This document shows, in pieces, positions 10,956 to 22,573 of a DNA stretch of 64,000 bases; position 1 is the first letter of the stretch; each line of letters opens with the position of its first letter. The notes under the pieces are model-generated. The model saw only the letters and a list, made by a program, of their open reading frames with translations, searched no databases and was not told where the DNA came from. Source of the DNA: a virus. Its lineage: Duplodnaviria; Caudoviricetes. A program made the position numbers and the translations under genes. The stretch covers positions 160,001 to 224,000 of IMG/VR virus record IMGVR_UViG_3300032285_003957. One strand, written 5' to 3'.

Positions 10956-13900
10956 GTGAAAAGGACAAAATATTCCATAAAAAGAGATAATATAGTATCA
11001 GGTTCGTTAATTGATTTAACAACCCACGCATGGCTTGATAGCAATGGTAATACTATTCCTTGGAGTGGAATGACAACAGGTAGCTTTCCTGTTAGTGGAA
11101 GTGTTATTTATAATACTAATACAGGCAGCCTATACGAAGGTTATTACCAATATGATGGCAATTTATGGCATCAAATAACTGGTTCACCATCAGTGGTCTC
11201 AAGCAAAATATACCCTGATTATCAAATCCCAATTTATTTGGATTCAAAAGCCGATGAAATGGGTCAGATGGTTGATTTTGATGGTAATGTTGGTCAAAAT
11301 ACAATCAGTGCAAATTTTGCTTATTCAGGTGTATGTTATGGTAGTGGTTATACAATTACCGTATGGAACACAACAAATTTTGGAAAACAAAAAAATAATT
11401 TAAAAGCTAATTTTACGGTTGCTTGGGATAAAGACAATTATCACGATGATTTACCTGCAAATTCTTCTAAATCTTTTACATATACACAAAACGGGACATA
11501 TAACTTAAAAATATTCATGCAGGCGCCATGGACTACGGAAGTTATTACTAAAGAAGTTGTGGTTGTATGTTTCGTTACACCAACACCAACAACTACACCA
11601 ACAAACACGGTGACACCTACAATTACACCTACGAGTAGTATTACACCAACTATTACGGTTACACCAACAATTACACCTACTAATACCTTAACCCCAACAA
11701 TTACACCAACAGTAACTCATACATCCACAGTAACACCAACGGTTACTCAAACACATACTCCAACAGTTACAGTAACTAAAACACCACTTTATTGTGAATT
11801 AGGCGGTAATGCAACTTATGTAATGCCGACACCTACACCAACCGTAACAATAACAGTTACACCAACAACCACACCTGCGATAACTCATACACCTACTGTA
11901 ACACCAACGATTACACATACGCCATTGTATTGTGAATTAGGTGGATCAGCAGAATACATTATTCCAACACCAACACCTACTCCGACAAATACGGTAACAC
12001 CTACTTTAACGCCAACAAATACTGTTACACCAACGTTAACACCTACAGTAACTAAAACACCACTTTATTGTGAAATGGGTGGTAGTGCAGAGTATATCGC
12101 ACCTACACCTACTCCAACTGTAACTTCTACAACAACACCAACAGTTACACCAACAATTACTATCACTCAAACTGTAACACCTACAAATACACCAACAAAC
12201 ACGGTAACACCTACGGTGACTAAAACGCCGCTTTATTGTGAGCTTGGCGGTAGTGCAGAATATATAGCCCCTACACCTACACCAACGGCTACACCAACTG
12301 AAACGCCAACATTAACACCTACCGCAACTATAACACAAACAGTAACACCTACTAGTAGCATTGCACCAACAGTTACACCAACAAACACTGGTACACCAAC
12401 GTTAACACCTACAGTAACTAAAACACCACTTTATTGTGAATTAGGCGGTAATGCTACGTATGTTGCACCTACACCTACCCCAACTGTAACTTCTACAACA
12501 ACACCGACATTAACACCAACAGTTACACCAACAAATACCATTACATTAACGGTTACACCTACAAATACAATTACGTCTACTGTAACACCAACAAATACAA
12601 TTACGTCTACTGTAACACCTACAGTAACTAAGACACCACTTTATTGTGAGTTGGGAGGTAATGCCACATATGTCGCACCAACACCTACACCAACAAATAC
12701 AGTTACAACAACACCAACTGTGACCCCAACTATTACTAATACGTCAACTGTAACTGTGACTCCAACTAATACTCCAACTGTAACCTTAACTCCTACTAAC
12801 ACACCTACAGTTACACCAACAAACACTGTTACACCAACGTTAACACCTACGGTGACTAAAACGCCATTGTATTGTGAACTTGGAGGTAACGCACAATATA
12901 TTGCACCTACACCAACCCCTACACCAACAAATACGGTTACACCGACTGTTACAGTAACACCAACATCAGCAGTTACTTCAACACCAACACCTACACCAAC
13001 CATTACACAAACTATAACACCAACAAGTTCAATTGCTGCAACTTCTACAGTTACACCGACAAAATCTGTTGCCGCAACACCAACGGTTACGCCAACAACA
13101 ACAGTAACACCATCATATACACCAACCAAAACAGTTACACCAACTGTTACACCGACTGTGACACCTACAAATACCGTAACACCGACGGTTACGCCAACGT
13201 TACCTGCATTAATTCTTTCTGTTTCAAGTTCAACAGTTCAATCATGTTATAATGTTAGTGATGCATCATTTACATTAAGTGCAAGTGGTGGTAATGGTGC
13301 TTCATATGAATATTCAAAAGATAATGTAAACTGGCAAACAGGCACAACATTTAGTAGTTTAGCGGGAACAACTTATACAGGTTATGTTAGAAATAGTAAT
13401 AGAACAGGAACGGTTACATCTGTTTCAGTTGGTAGTTTGGCAAGAAGTGCACCAAGTGCAACAATTACAACATCAAACTACAATGGTTATAGTATTGCAT
13501 GTAATGGTGGAACAGATTCGATTGTAGTTTCAGCATTAACAGGTGGCCAAGGTGCACCGTATCAAGTTAAATTAAATTCTGGTGGAACATATCAAACAAC
13601 AACAACATCAAGAACATATTCAAGTTTAGGTGCGGGTTCATATACAATATATGTTAAAGATTCTGCGGGTTGTGAAAATACAATTTCAGTTACATTAACT
13701 CAACCGTCTGCAGTTACATCAACAATATCAGCATCATCTTTACCAACATGTTATAATGGTGCTAATGGTTCAGTAACAGCTACAGCGGGAGGCGGAGTTG
13801 GCGGCTATACATATTCTTTAAATGGCGGAGCTTATCAATCAAGTGCTACATTTAGTAGTTTAGCTAATGGGACATATAGTATCACAGTTAAAGATGCGAA

Positions 13901-14753
13901 TGGTTGCACAGCAACATCGTCTTCAACTACATTGAATAGAACAGCACCAAATGCAACATTTACGGTATCCAACTTTAATGGTTATAGTATAAGTTGTAAC
14001 GGTGGTGCGGATGGTTCAATTGCTGTAAGTGGAGGCTCAGGTGGTTCTGGCGCAGGTTACAGTGGTTCAACAGATAATTTAACATATTATTCATTACCAA
14101 AAACATTTGGTTCATTAAATGCAGCAAATAGTCCATATACGATATTCATTAAAGATAGTAGTGGTTGCGTTCAATCATATGATTTCACAATTACACAACC
14201 ACCTGCACAAACAGCAACAGCTTCAGTTATAACTACCGACGATGGAACTGGTATTGGACGTATTGATGTGGCAGTTAATGGAGGCGCAGGATTGAAAACA
14301 ATTAGATTATATATTGACTCATCAACACCATATACAGATAATAGTAAAACAACATTGGTTGCAACAGCGACAAACGTAGCAAACAATACAACATATTCGT
14401 TTACCGGATTATTATGTTCAGTTGGCCGTCATTGGGCTGAGATTACGGATGCAAATGGTTGTGTTAAAAATAGTAACTCAGTTCAACTTTGTGGATACTA
14501 CTATATCGGTAAGTATACTTCAAGCAATACAATACAATGTACACCATCAGGTAGCTTAGTTAATACATATTTGTCTTATACCGATTACACAAATTATGTG
14601 GCAGGAGGTAATGTATTAGCACCAGGTATGATAGTCTATAAAGATGATATTGGAACAGTATTCACAACAACGAGAATTTATGACCCTGCAACAACAAATA
14701 TATGGGGTTTAAGTTCAGGCGTAATTAGTGCTAATCCATACCAAAGCTGTTAA
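10956..14753 (+). CDS. Mucin-like stalk protein with SprB-type repeats (virion fibre/decoration)
   Basis: GTG start just after TATTTATA, then a ~540-aa Pro/Thr/Val region, about five SprB-like repeats ([13 protein letters not shown]...YTI.VKD..GC) and a terminal paired-Cys domain. Confidence 0.7.
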   Translation: MKRTKYSIKRDNIVSGSLIDLTTHAWLDSNGNTIPWSGMTTGSFPVSGSVIYNTNTGSLYEGYYQYDGNLWHQITGSPSVVSSKIYPDYQIPIYLDSKADEMGQMVDFDGNVGQNTISANFAYSGVCYGSGYTITVWNTTNFGKQKNNLKANFTVAWDKDNYHDDLPANSSKSFTYTQNGTYNLKIFMQAPWTTEVITKEVVVVCFVTPTPTTTPTNTVTPTITPTSSITPTITVTPTITPTNTLTPTITPTVTHTSTVTPTVTQTHTPTVTVTKTPLYCELGGNATYVMPTPTPTVTITVTPTTTPAITHTPTVTPTITHTPLYCELGGSAEYIIPTPTPTPTNTVTPTLTPTNTVTPTLTPTVTKTPLYCEMGGSAEYIAPTPTPTVTSTTTPTVTPTITITQTVTPTNTPTNTVTPTVTKTPLYCELGGSAEYIAPTPTPTATPTETPTLTPTATITQTVTPTSSIAPTVTPTNTGTPTLTPTVTKTPLYCELGGNATYVAPTPTPTVTSTTTPTLTPTVTPTNTITLTVTPTNTITSTVTPTNTITSTVTPTVTKTPLYCELGGNATYVAPTPTPTNTVTTTPTVTPTITNTSTVTVTPTNTPTVTLTPTNTPTVTPTNTVTPTLTPTVTKTPLYCELGGNAQYIAPTPTPTPTNTVTPTVTVTPTSAVTSTPTPTPTITQTITPTSSIAATSTVTPTKSVAATPTVTPTTTVTPSYTPTKTVTPTVTPTVTPTNTVTPTVTPTLPALILSVSSSTVQSCYNVSDASFTLSASGGNGASYEYSKDNVNWQTGTTFSSLAGTTYTGYVRNSNRTGTVTSVSVGSLARSAPSATITTSNYNGYSIACNGGTDSIVVSALTGGQGAPYQVKLNSGGTYQTTTTSRTYSSLGAGSYTIYVKDSAGCENTISVTLTQPSAVTSTISASSLPTCYNGANGSVTATAGGGVGGYTYSLNGGAYQSSATFSSLANGTYSITVKDANGCTATSSSTTLNRTAPNATFTVSNFNGYSISCNGGADGSIAVSGGSGGSGAGYSGSTDNLTYYSLPKTFGSLNAANSPYTIFIKDSSGCVQSYDFTITQPPAQTATASVITTDDGTGIGRIDVAVNGGAGLKTIRLYIDSSTPYTDNSKTTLVATATNVANNTTYSFTGLLCSVGRHWAEITDANGCVKNSNSVQLCGYYYIGKYTSSNTIQCTPSGSLVNTYLSYTDYTNYVAGGNVLAPGMIVYKDDIGTVFTTTRIYDPATTNIWGLSSGVISANPYQSC
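11575..13200 (+). repeat. Pro/Thr-rich coding repeat with 7 copies of T(K/H)TPLYCE(L/M)GG(N/S)A.Y
   Basis: Read directly from the translation; the DNA is ACA/CCA-rich. Confidence 0.95.
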
Positions 14754-14777
14754 ACCATGGTATGCAAATAATATAAT

Positions 14778-14805
14778 AAAACCCCTTTATTTAAAGGGGT
14801 TTTTT
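14778..14805 (+). terminator. Intrinsic terminator
   Basis: AAAACCCCTTT-attt-AAAGGGGTTTT hairpin with a T run after the 10956 gene. Confidence 0.85.
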
Positions 14806-14836
14806 GTTTAAATTATCTCTGAAGATATTTAATAAT

Positions 14837-15400
14837 ATGCCAGACTTGGGAACATTAACATTTACAATACCATCTTACTTATTGGAAGATGGGACAAGTG
14901 CACCCGCAACCACGGTTAATCAAAATTATTTAAACAATTTAGATTACGTTGCGAATACAGGTGTAACCGCAGGATATACGGGAATGACATATTATGCCAT
15001 AGGAGGAAGTCGTATTCAAGAAAAGAAACTTTACGGTGGTGGGTATAGTGGTGTAACAACTGGAATGACAGAAGACAATGTTATTTACAGCGCATATAGT
15101 TTCACCTACAGTGGTCAAACTATGGGTAATCAAACATTATATTATGCCGATTTTCCTGATGGTCATACAATGATTACGGGGCATACAACAGGTTTTACAG
15201 AACAAGCGGTTTTTAATTCTGTCCTAACTCGAAATGAACATTTCCTTGGATTTGTTGAACAACCAAGAATATATTCGGACATTTTTGTTGAAAGAGGAAA
15301 AATGGGAGTTTTAGAGAATAACCACAGATTGGGAGAAATTGGAACATTAGGTGACCTTGAGTATTATGGAAACAAATACTTTAACGTCAAAAAACTATAA
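14837..15400 (+). CDS. Small structural protein, unknown function
   Basis: ATG at 14837 is preferred because the listed TTG start lies in the terminator. Contains seven [ST]GxT motifs. Confidence 0.55.
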   Translation: MPDLGTLTFTIPSYLLEDGTSAPATTVNQNYLNNLDYVANTGVTAGYTGMTYYAIGGSRIQEKKLYGGGYSGVTTGMTEDNVIYSAYSFTYSGQTMGNQTLYYADFPDGHTMITGHTTGFTEQAVFNSVLTRNEHFLGFVEQPRIYSDIFVERGKMGVLENNHRLGEIGTLGDLEYYGNKYFNVKKL

Positions 15401-15425
15401 AATTTATATTTATTAATAAAAAGAT

Positions 15426-16346
15426 ATGGCAGTAGGAAGTTATGGAATGGTAAGGCCGGCAGATGTATCACCTGCAGATGTAGATATCTATTATCATTTT
15501 GTTGCTGATAGAACTACCACATCTCAGGTTACATTACAAAAGTTGTCACCATCAGCAAATTATCTAACTCCGGTTTATCAAAACTCAGGAACAACAGATA
15601 ACCAAAATGCGGTGAATAAAGAATTGTTAGGTGGTTTATATAATTTAAAGCTAACATCTGATAAATTCTCACAATTAGGTATATACACACTTCACATAAG
15701 ACCAAAACAAATTAGAGCGTCAATCATGGATTGTGGAGTCTTAAGCTCACTTCCTTCAGTTAGAGGTTTAGTTATTGATTTAAATAATATAGCGGCTGAA
15801 GATAGAGCAAAATTTACCCCACAAGGGATGGTCGGATATCGTGTAGAATATCTAAACGATGACTACACAAAGACACCTAATTTTTATAGAATTGTTACAT
15901 CAAGTTTCTATTGTCAACCAATAGTAGCCAATTTATCAAATACAACGGATAAAGCAATTAGATATAGATATGTTGACCAATCAAGCAACTTAGTTTTTTT
16001 AACGTTAACACCAACATCCTCACCATCAAGTAGACCGAACTTTGTTCCGTTTATTGGTAAACCTGGTCAAAATATTATATTATCAAATACATATTTCAAT
16101 CCAACAACAATTGAAGTTGAAATGGTTGAACATGATGCATCTACATTGGCTAATGCTCTTTACGGTAATCAAACTAAAGCAGTTGCTCCAGGTATTTACA
16201 CAATTTACGATAAGGATAATCAAATCTATAAACAATACAACTTATACGAAATCAAAGACGAATTCAACGATACTCTATATGAAGTTAGAGAAGAAAGGAA
16301 TAATATCGATGAGACGCTTGGTTTCAACAACATAACTAACGTTTAA
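15426..16346 (+). CDS. Conserved-looking structural protein, unknown function
   Basis: 306-aa ORF with upstream TATTTAT, coupled to the next gene. Confidence 0.5.
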   Translation: MAVGSYGMVRPADVSPADVDIYYHFVADRTTTSQVTLQKLSPSANYLTPVYQNSGTTDNQNAVNKELLGGLYNLKLTSDKFSQLGIYTLHIRPKQIRASIMDCGVLSSLPSVRGLVIDLNNIAAEDRAKFTPQGMVGYRVEYLNDDYTKTPNFYRIVTSSFYCQPIVANLSNTTDKAIRYRYVDQSSNLVFLTLTPTSSPSSRPNFVPFIGKPGQNIILSNTYFNPTTIEVEMVEHDASTLANALYGNQTKAVAPGIYTIYDKDNQIYKQYNLYEIKDEFNDTLYEVREERNNIDETLGFNNITNV

Positions 16347-19300
16347 TGGCAACATCAAGAACGGTAAGATTAAAAATACCAAATCAGGCTGCGAGCGGAG
16401 CGGATACATTTAGTGACAATCTTGTTGGTAATCAAATTACCGATGGAACTGGTCAATTGACCAATAGCAACTTTGCGTTAGATAAAGTAATAGTTGAAAA
16501 GGATAGTAAAGAATTTAAAACAGCAAAATTTTCTGAATTCTTAACTTTAGATAGTTTAAAAAAAGAAACATCCGCACCAACAACACAAGACACAACTGAT
16601 GGTTCTGTTAGTCAAACCAAAGATGAAAAAATTAAATTCAGAAGTTCAAAAAATGATGCAAGTAGGTCTTTGTTTGGTTCTTTAAAAGACAGAACATTTA
16701 TTTCGTTAAAAAAAATAATTACAAAGTTTCCTGCCGCCCTTTATGCTGACCCCGATTCTGTAGTCGGTATTTCTGAATTTACAGCAAAAAATATTACATA
16801 TAGTAAAGTATCTAATATAACTTCATTTGATATTGAGTATGGTAAAATATACAATCCATTAAGTATTAATTTAGTTGCACCAAATAGTGCAGATTCATTA
16901 ACTACGGATAATGATATTAAAAACATATATTCAGCTTATAAAAAATATGTTTTAGTTTATAATGGTAATCAATATGATGTTGTGGGATATGTTCAACCAA
17001 CATCATTAAATTATAACACAACAACATTTAGAGTTAAAGGTTTACCATTTGGTGATAATACTGGTGTTAGTGACTCTTTCTTAATAAGACCAAATGATGG
17101 AATAACTGAAGAGTTTTTCTTAAATTTAGATGATTTAGAATCTTTATTATTGAATAGAGATACAAGTCCAATTTATCAAGTAAATTTCAAAGTTCCAAGA
17201 GATTCGGCAGACTTAACGGGAACCGAAATGACAACATTAAGTTATAACTGGCCACTATCAAAAGACGGTTATAACATACAAATCGTAGGTTTAGATTACG
17301 AGGAATATGTTGACGCTTTAAGTAGCACAGCTCAAGAGATTGATGACTATAAATCAAATTTAGTTGTTAGATTTTTAACGGCGCCCCAATTATTTGAATT
17401 TGATACCGATGACCAAAGAGCACAAGCAATTTTTCAATTATATGGTCAATCATTCGATAGAGTAAAAAAATATATAGATAATATTGCTTACATGAGAAAT
17501 GTAAGTTATGACGGTATCAATAATGTTCCTGATGTATTATTAAAGAATTTATCAGAAACATTAGGGTTCAATACTGTTAATTTATTTGACGAAAAAACAT
17601 TAGACGAATCATTATATAGAAAACACGATACACAATATACTGCACTTGATTCAGGTAAAAGCTTAGTTGAGGCTGAAAACGAATTTTATAAAAGATTAAT
17701 AATTAATCTTGTTCATTTATATAAATCAAAAGGGACTAAAAACGCATTAACATTTTTTTTAAAGTTTTTAGGTGCACCCGAACCATTAATTAAAATTGAC
17801 GAGTATGTTTATGATGTTGATTCATCATCATTACCTACGTCAACACAAGATGATATATATAACACAATTAATGGTAATTTTGTTGAAACTATCATTACAG
17901 GTTTTTCACAAACAACTTATGCATACTCAACGGGAACAACAATACACACAACAGCATTAACTCGAGATGAATATCCAATTGACACATATAATGTCCCAAA
18001 AAGTGTTTCAAATGTTAGTGATGACATTTTCTTTCAAAAAGGAGCTGGTTGGTATGATTTAACAATAGACCATAGGTCACCAAATATTACTGATACAGCA
18101 AATTCAGTATTAACTGGTAGAATTAAAAGTGTTGTAACTAAATCAGCACCATTTACATATGGAGAAGATTATTTTCAAAATTTTAGAAAATTCCCTGGTT
18201 TAGATTATGGGTTTCAACTTACAGCAAGAGTAGTTGATAACAAAGGTGATGTTGATAATGTATTATCTGATTTTACACTTAATAGAAAAAATATTGGAAT
18301 ATATTTGTCATCAGCACGAGCTGTGGATTATGATATTTGGAGACAATCAAGAAACTTAGAACTTACTTTTGGTTCGTTGGGACCACAAACAGGATACACA
18401 TTTGCGGAGTATTTAGATTCAGCATTAAATGAAGTTATTAAAAATTCACATGTTGCTAAATTTAAACCTCACTATCCTGATTTAGTTACTGTTTACAATT
18501 CATATATTAGTAGCACACAAATTACACCATATGATTTTATTGCAATAAATGATTTCATTTATAAAATGAGTCCAATGTGGACTCAACTAATTGAACAATT
18601 TGTTCCTGCTACAACATTGTGGACTGGCGGTAATTTAATTGAAAACAATAGATTCCAAAGGTCAAAATATACATATAAAAAACCTTGTCAAGTATTTGAA
18701 TTAATTGACGACACGTATCCTGAACCAACAGGAACAACCACTTCATATTTTGTAGATGAGATAAATTATCTATGGAATCAATTAGGATTTGTGCATGACG
18801 GATCTAATGATTATCCTCAATTAAGAGATTGGCTCGAAGATGGCTACATGCAATTCTTTCCTATTTTTAAAATAGATGGTGTAACATATTCAGGTTCAAC
18901 AGACCATGTATTGATTCCACCACCACCAATCCATGCGGGATATGTTGATGCGGAAAACTATGAAGCTAAAGCAGCTTACACAGGTTATACTGGTTGCACG
19001 TATGCACTATTATCAGGCGCAACAACAAATATTAGTCCCGTAAACGGTCAATATGAAAATGCGAGATTATATAAAGATAAAAGTTCAGGAGATGACGAAC
19101 AAAATATAGATTTTGTAGGATTAAAAGCAATGTGGAAACAAGCAATTGTTAACACAGTAAGATACATTAACACATATAGTGGTTATACTGGAACAAATAA
19201 TCAATTAACATTTACACCTAATGCAGTTGGTAAAGATACTGCTTATGGAAATTCTATCAATAATCCAAGTATTACAGGAACAACAATATTACCAATATTA

Positions 19301-20932
19301 TCATATGAATTTTTTGTTAATAAAGATGGTGTTGAAAAAGTAAGATTTAAATCATACAAATATGGTCCACATAATTGCACAGTAATGAATTCATTTGATT
19401 TCTTATTTGCATATGGTTATGCGTCACCAGACCCAACACCGACTGTTACACCAACAATGACGGTAACACCAACACACACACCAACTGTTACACCAACACC
19501 GACTGTTACACCAACTATGACCGTCACACCAACAATGACGGTAACACCAACACAATCAATACCATGTGTAATTAATGCTAGCGCTGAATATAGAAGTAGC
19601 GCATGTCCGGTAACACCAACACCAACACCTACACCAACATCTGCAGCAATTGCTGTTACGCCTTCAGTTACCGTAACACCATCAACACCTTTACCAGGTT
19701 GTGGTAGCACAGTTTCAGGTAGTTGGGCATCAGGAACTAATGTTGTTCAAACAAGATATCTTGATTTAACGGCGGCAACAAATGGTGGTTTAATTACATT
19801 ACATTATACAGCAAATGAAAGACCTGACAGATTTAACATATATGATAGTTCAGATAATTTAGTTGTTACTAGTGGATGGGTTGGTTCGGATTATAACTAT
19901 ACAGGTCCGTGGACAGGCGGTGGTGGCATTGCTGATACTGATGGCGATGGATATATGTCATTTACATATGATAGTTCTAAAACATATCGTTTAACTGTTG
20001 ATGTCGGACCATGGAATCCTGCTAATCAACTTTCAGATAGTTGGTCGGTTACAATTACATGTGCAGGCGTCATAGCACCAACACCAACAGTTACAACATC
20101 ACCATCTATGACACCAACACCAACACCAAGACAAAGATACCAAGTGCAATTATGTGCAGGTAGTGGTGGTAATGGAACACAAATTTATAACATAGAAATT
20201 GCATTATCGGTTACAGTTGGTAAAACATATACATTATTAGGTTATCCTGGTGCACCTGCATTAATGAATGGTGCAAATTGTTGGAATATTAATAATGCTA
20301 ATTTTGATAACACATATGATGGAACTGCAACTTATAATGAAGAATATCCAGATTGTGCACATTGTTCAGCGGCCCCATTAACCGCATATACGGGTAGCAC
20401 ATTATTAAATGCGTGTAATGGAGTTAATGGTCAAACAACATTATGGTATAGAGGTAATTTAGGCGTTGGAACTGTATTATATAGTGATAGAAGTTTATTA
20501 GCGGATTACTTAGTGCCAACACCGGGTTATTATTACGATGTTGATAATGATAGAGTTTTACACGTTGGTGTGTTTAGTCAATATCCAAATATTCCATCAC
20601 CAGAAGATGGGTATGTTACCGACATTCAATATTGTCCTGCACCAACACCAACACCAACACCTTCACCAATTGGAGTAGCGTTAGGTGGATATATGGCATT
20701 ATCTTATGGTAGCACAGGACCTGGTGCATGTTCAGGAAGTAGTGGAACAATTAATGTTTATTATGCTTCTACTGATCCACATGGAGGTGATTTATGGTCA
20801 GGAACAACATATTATAATTTTAATGGTTTCCCATTTGATGGTAGTTCATATGGTTATTTTTCCGATGGAGTTAGTTATTATGGAACAATAAGTGAAAATG
20901 GTTATTACCAACAAGAAGGAACTTGTGAATAA
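16346..20932 (+). CDS. Baseplate wedge/tail protein I-like protein with a PT stalk and C-terminal adhesin-like domains
   Basis: LLKNLSETLGF...YKRLIINLVHLYKSKGTKNALTFFLKFLG resembles the P2 gpI / gp7-type motif. PT linkers at about 19430-19690, then beta-sandwich-like and paired-Cys domains. Confidence 0.6.
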   Translation: MATSRTVRLKIPNQAASGADTFSDNLVGNQITDGTGQLTNSNFALDKVIVEKDSKEFKTAKFSEFLTLDSLKKETSAPTTQDTTDGSVSQTKDEKIKFRSSKNDASRSLFGSLKDRTFISLKKIITKFPAALYADPDSVVGISEFTAKNITYSKVSNITSFDIEYGKIYNPLSINLVAPNSADSLTTDNDIKNIYSAYKKYVLVYNGNQYDVVGYVQPTSLNYNTTTFRVKGLPFGDNTGVSDSFLIRPNDGITEEFFLNLDDLESLLLNRDTSPIYQVNFKVPRDSADLTGTEMTTLSYNWPLSKDGYNIQIVGLDYEEYVDALSSTAQEIDDYKSNLVVRFLTAPQLFEFDTDDQRAQAIFQLYGQSFDRVKKYIDNIAYMRNVSYDGINNVPDVLLKNLSETLGFNTVNLFDEKTLDESLYRKHDTQYTALDSGKSLVEAENEFYKRLIINLVHLYKSKGTKNALTFFLKFLGAPEPLIKIDEYVYDVDSSSLPTSTQDDIYNTINGNFVETIITGFSQTTYAYSTGTTIHTTALTRDEYPIDTYNVPKSVSNVSDDIFFQKGAGWYDLTIDHRSPNITDTANSVLTGRIKSVVTKSAPFTYGEDYFQNFRKFPGLDYGFQLTARVVDNKGDVDNVLSDFTLNRKNIGIYLSSARAVDYDIWRQSRNLELTFGSLGPQTGYTFAEYLDSALNEVIKNSHVAKFKPHYPDLVTVYNSYISSTQITPYDFIAINDFIYKMSPMWTQLIEQFVPATTLWTGGNLIENNRFQRSKYTYKKPCQVFELIDDTYPEPTGTTTSYFVDEINYLWNQLGFVHDGSNDYPQLRDWLEDGYMQFFPIFKIDGVTYSGSTDHVLIPPPPIHAGYVDAENYEAKAAYTGYTGCTYALLSGATTNISPVNGQYENARLYKDKSSGDDEQNIDFVGLKAMWKQAIVNTVRYINTYSGYTGTNNQLTFTPNAVGKDTAYGNSINNPSITGTTILPILSYEFFVNKDGVEKVRFKSYKYGPHNCTVMNSFDFLFAYGYASPDPTPTVTPTMTVTPTHTPTVTPTPTVTPTMTVTPTMTVTPTQSIPCVINASAEYRSSACPVTPTPTPTPTSAAIAVTPSVTVTPSTPLPGCGSTVSGSWASGTNVVQTRYLDLTAATNGGLITLHYTANERPDRFNIYDSSDNLVVTSGWVGSDYNYTGPWTGGGGIADTDGDGYMSFTYDSSKTYRLTVDVGPWNPANQLSDSWSVTITCAGVIAPTPTVTTSPSMTPTPTPRQRYQVQLCAGSGGNGTQIYNIEIALSVTVGKTYTLLGYPGAPALMNGANCWNINNANFDNTYDGTATYNEEYPDCAHCSAAPLTAYTGSTLLNACNGVNGQTTLWYRGNLGVGTVLYSDRSLLADYLVPTPGYYYDVDNDRVLHVGVFSQYPNIPSPEDGYVTDIQYCPAPTPTPTPSPIGVALGGYMALSYGSTGPGACSGSSGTINVYYASTDPHGGDLWSGTTYYNFNGFPFDGSSYGYFSDGVSYYGTISENGYYQQEGTCE

Positions 20933-20947
20933 AAATAAAAAAGAATT

Positions 20948-22522
20948 ATGGCAATATCGGGAATCATAACAATAGCGGATACAACAACAGCAAGTATAAC
21001 ATCTTTTGATTTATATTCATGCACGTCATCAAGTAATAGTTCTTGTAGTGGAACAGCTTTTGCTACGAACGTATCGAGAGCAAGCTTGTTGGATGGTTAT
21101 TGTAGTGATTTAATTCCAGATGGAACAACATATATAAAAGTTAATGCAAATAGCGGTGCTTGTCAAAACATTAACCCTGCTATAGTTGAATTATCGGGTG
21201 TTCCAATAATACCAACGTCAACACCTACACCAACACCGGCAGCACCAACACCAACACCAACACCAAGTAAAGCACCGGGTAGCGGATTGACAGCACATTA
21301 TTTATCAACGGGTTCAACATATGCTGAAGCGTGTGCAAATTTCAGCATACACACGGACCCATATTATGTTTACAATGACGCCACATTACAAGCAGGTAAC
21401 GTATTATGTCAAAACAATAACTGTTCAACCAAAGCACTTAATGGATATTATTCTGATGGGACAAATTATTGGCTTGTGGGAGATGGCGTTGGAGGAATTA
21501 GTGCAGGACCAACATCATGCTCAATTGTTGATATAACAACAATTGATTTAGGTGGTGTTAATTGTAGATTAGTTGGTTCTTGTAATGACAACGGCACATG
21601 TTCGGTGAGATATAATATTAACTTTGCAAATGGTAGACCATCTGCAACTCAAGTATTTGTTCAACCTATAGGTAGTAATACAGCATCTGTTGCTGTTTAT
21701 AACGATTTAGGTAATAACACAGATGTTTATTTAGATTATAGCGAAAGTAATGGGTCACAATCAATTAATTTTAGATTAATATTAAAATCATTCCCAAGTG
21801 GAAATGAAATATGTAGGTCAGGAGATTTAACTTTAAATCACAATCATGGTGGTGCACCATGGAATATGATTAGTGCATGTAGTAGTGGTACTAGTGGAAC
21901 TTCAGGTTCGTCAGGTGGTGGTGGAACATCATATTACTCATTCACTGTAGGAACTGGTTATACGGCGCATGATGCTTGTGCAGATGCGGTAAATAATACA
22001 TTAACATTATATACAACCGATAGTGCAAATAGAAATTTGGTTGACCAAACGTCATATTATAGTAATAATAGTGGAGCATTATTTACAAGCTCAGGATTCA
22101 TACGCTTCTCTGACGGAACAAATTACGGTATAATAGATCAATATGGTGTTTATTATCAAACAGATGCATGCACCAATTTACCGGTATTAGGAACAATTAC
22201 CGGATTCACATATGATACTCAAGGAACATATGATTACGGTAGCGACACAACATCATATGTGACAACCGTAACTGGACATACTAATGGTGTAGGTCCAATT
22301 ATAGCGGGTGTTTCTAATTTAGCATTAAGTGTTAAAGTATATTCCGCAAATAGAGATGAATATGCTTACGTGATGTTAGGTGGAACTGTCGGTAGTGGAA
22401 CGGAGGTAGTCGGTGAATATTCTTGGAATGGTGGATATGACCCGTATATACTTACATTATGTTTCGACCAATGGTATGCGCAAGCACAAGGTAATGTTGA
22501 CCCAACATTAAACTGTCATTAA
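20948..22522 (+). CDS. Modular virion surface protein (N-terminal anchor, PT linker, paired-Cys domains)
   Basis: Shares an N-terminal module with the next gene; GYYSDG modules and a short SGTSGTSGSSG stretch. Confidence 0.55.
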   Translation: MAISGIITIADTTTASITSFDLYSCTSSSNSSCSGTAFATNVSRASLLDGYCSDLIPDGTTYIKVNANSGACQNINPAIVELSGVPIIPTSTPTPTPAAPTPTPTPSKAPGSGLTAHYLSTGSTYAEACANFSIHTDPYYVYNDATLQAGNVLCQNNNCSTKALNGYYSDGTNYWLVGDGVGGISAGPTSCSIVDITTIDLGGVNCRLVGSCNDNGTCSVRYNINFANGRPSATQVFVQPIGSNTASVAVYNDLGNNTDVYLDYSESNGSQSINFRLILKSFPSGNEICRSGDLTLNHNHGGAPWNMISACSSGTSGTSGSSGGGGTSYYSFTVGTGYTAHDACADAVNNTLTLYTTDSANRNLVDQTSYYSNNSGALFTSSGFIRFSDGTNYGIIDQYGVYYQTDACTNLPVLGTITGFTYDTQGTYDYGSDTTSYVTTVTGHTNGVGPIIAGVSNLALSVKVYSANRDEYAYVMLGGTVGSGTEVVGEYSWNGGYDPYILTLCFDQWYAQAQGNVDPTLNCH

Positions 22523-22535
22523 AACTAAAAACTAA

Positions 22536-22543
22536 TATTTATA
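22536..22543 (+). promoter_or_regulatory. Putative late promoter TATTTATA
   Basis: Intergenic, before the 22574 gene. Confidence 0.6.
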
Positions 22544-22573
22544 TAATAACAAAAAAATAGTAAATTAAACTAT

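Noticed and set aside
12641-13129. Minus-strand Val/Gly-rich ORFs here and at 19417..19710 and 56732..57031
   Set aside because: Antisense shadows of the Pro/Thr repeats.
14804-14836. ORF-track 5' extensions (also 6430, 26215, 42504, 44961, 45817)
   Set aside because: They run through terminators, promoters or upstream genes; downstream ATGs fit better.
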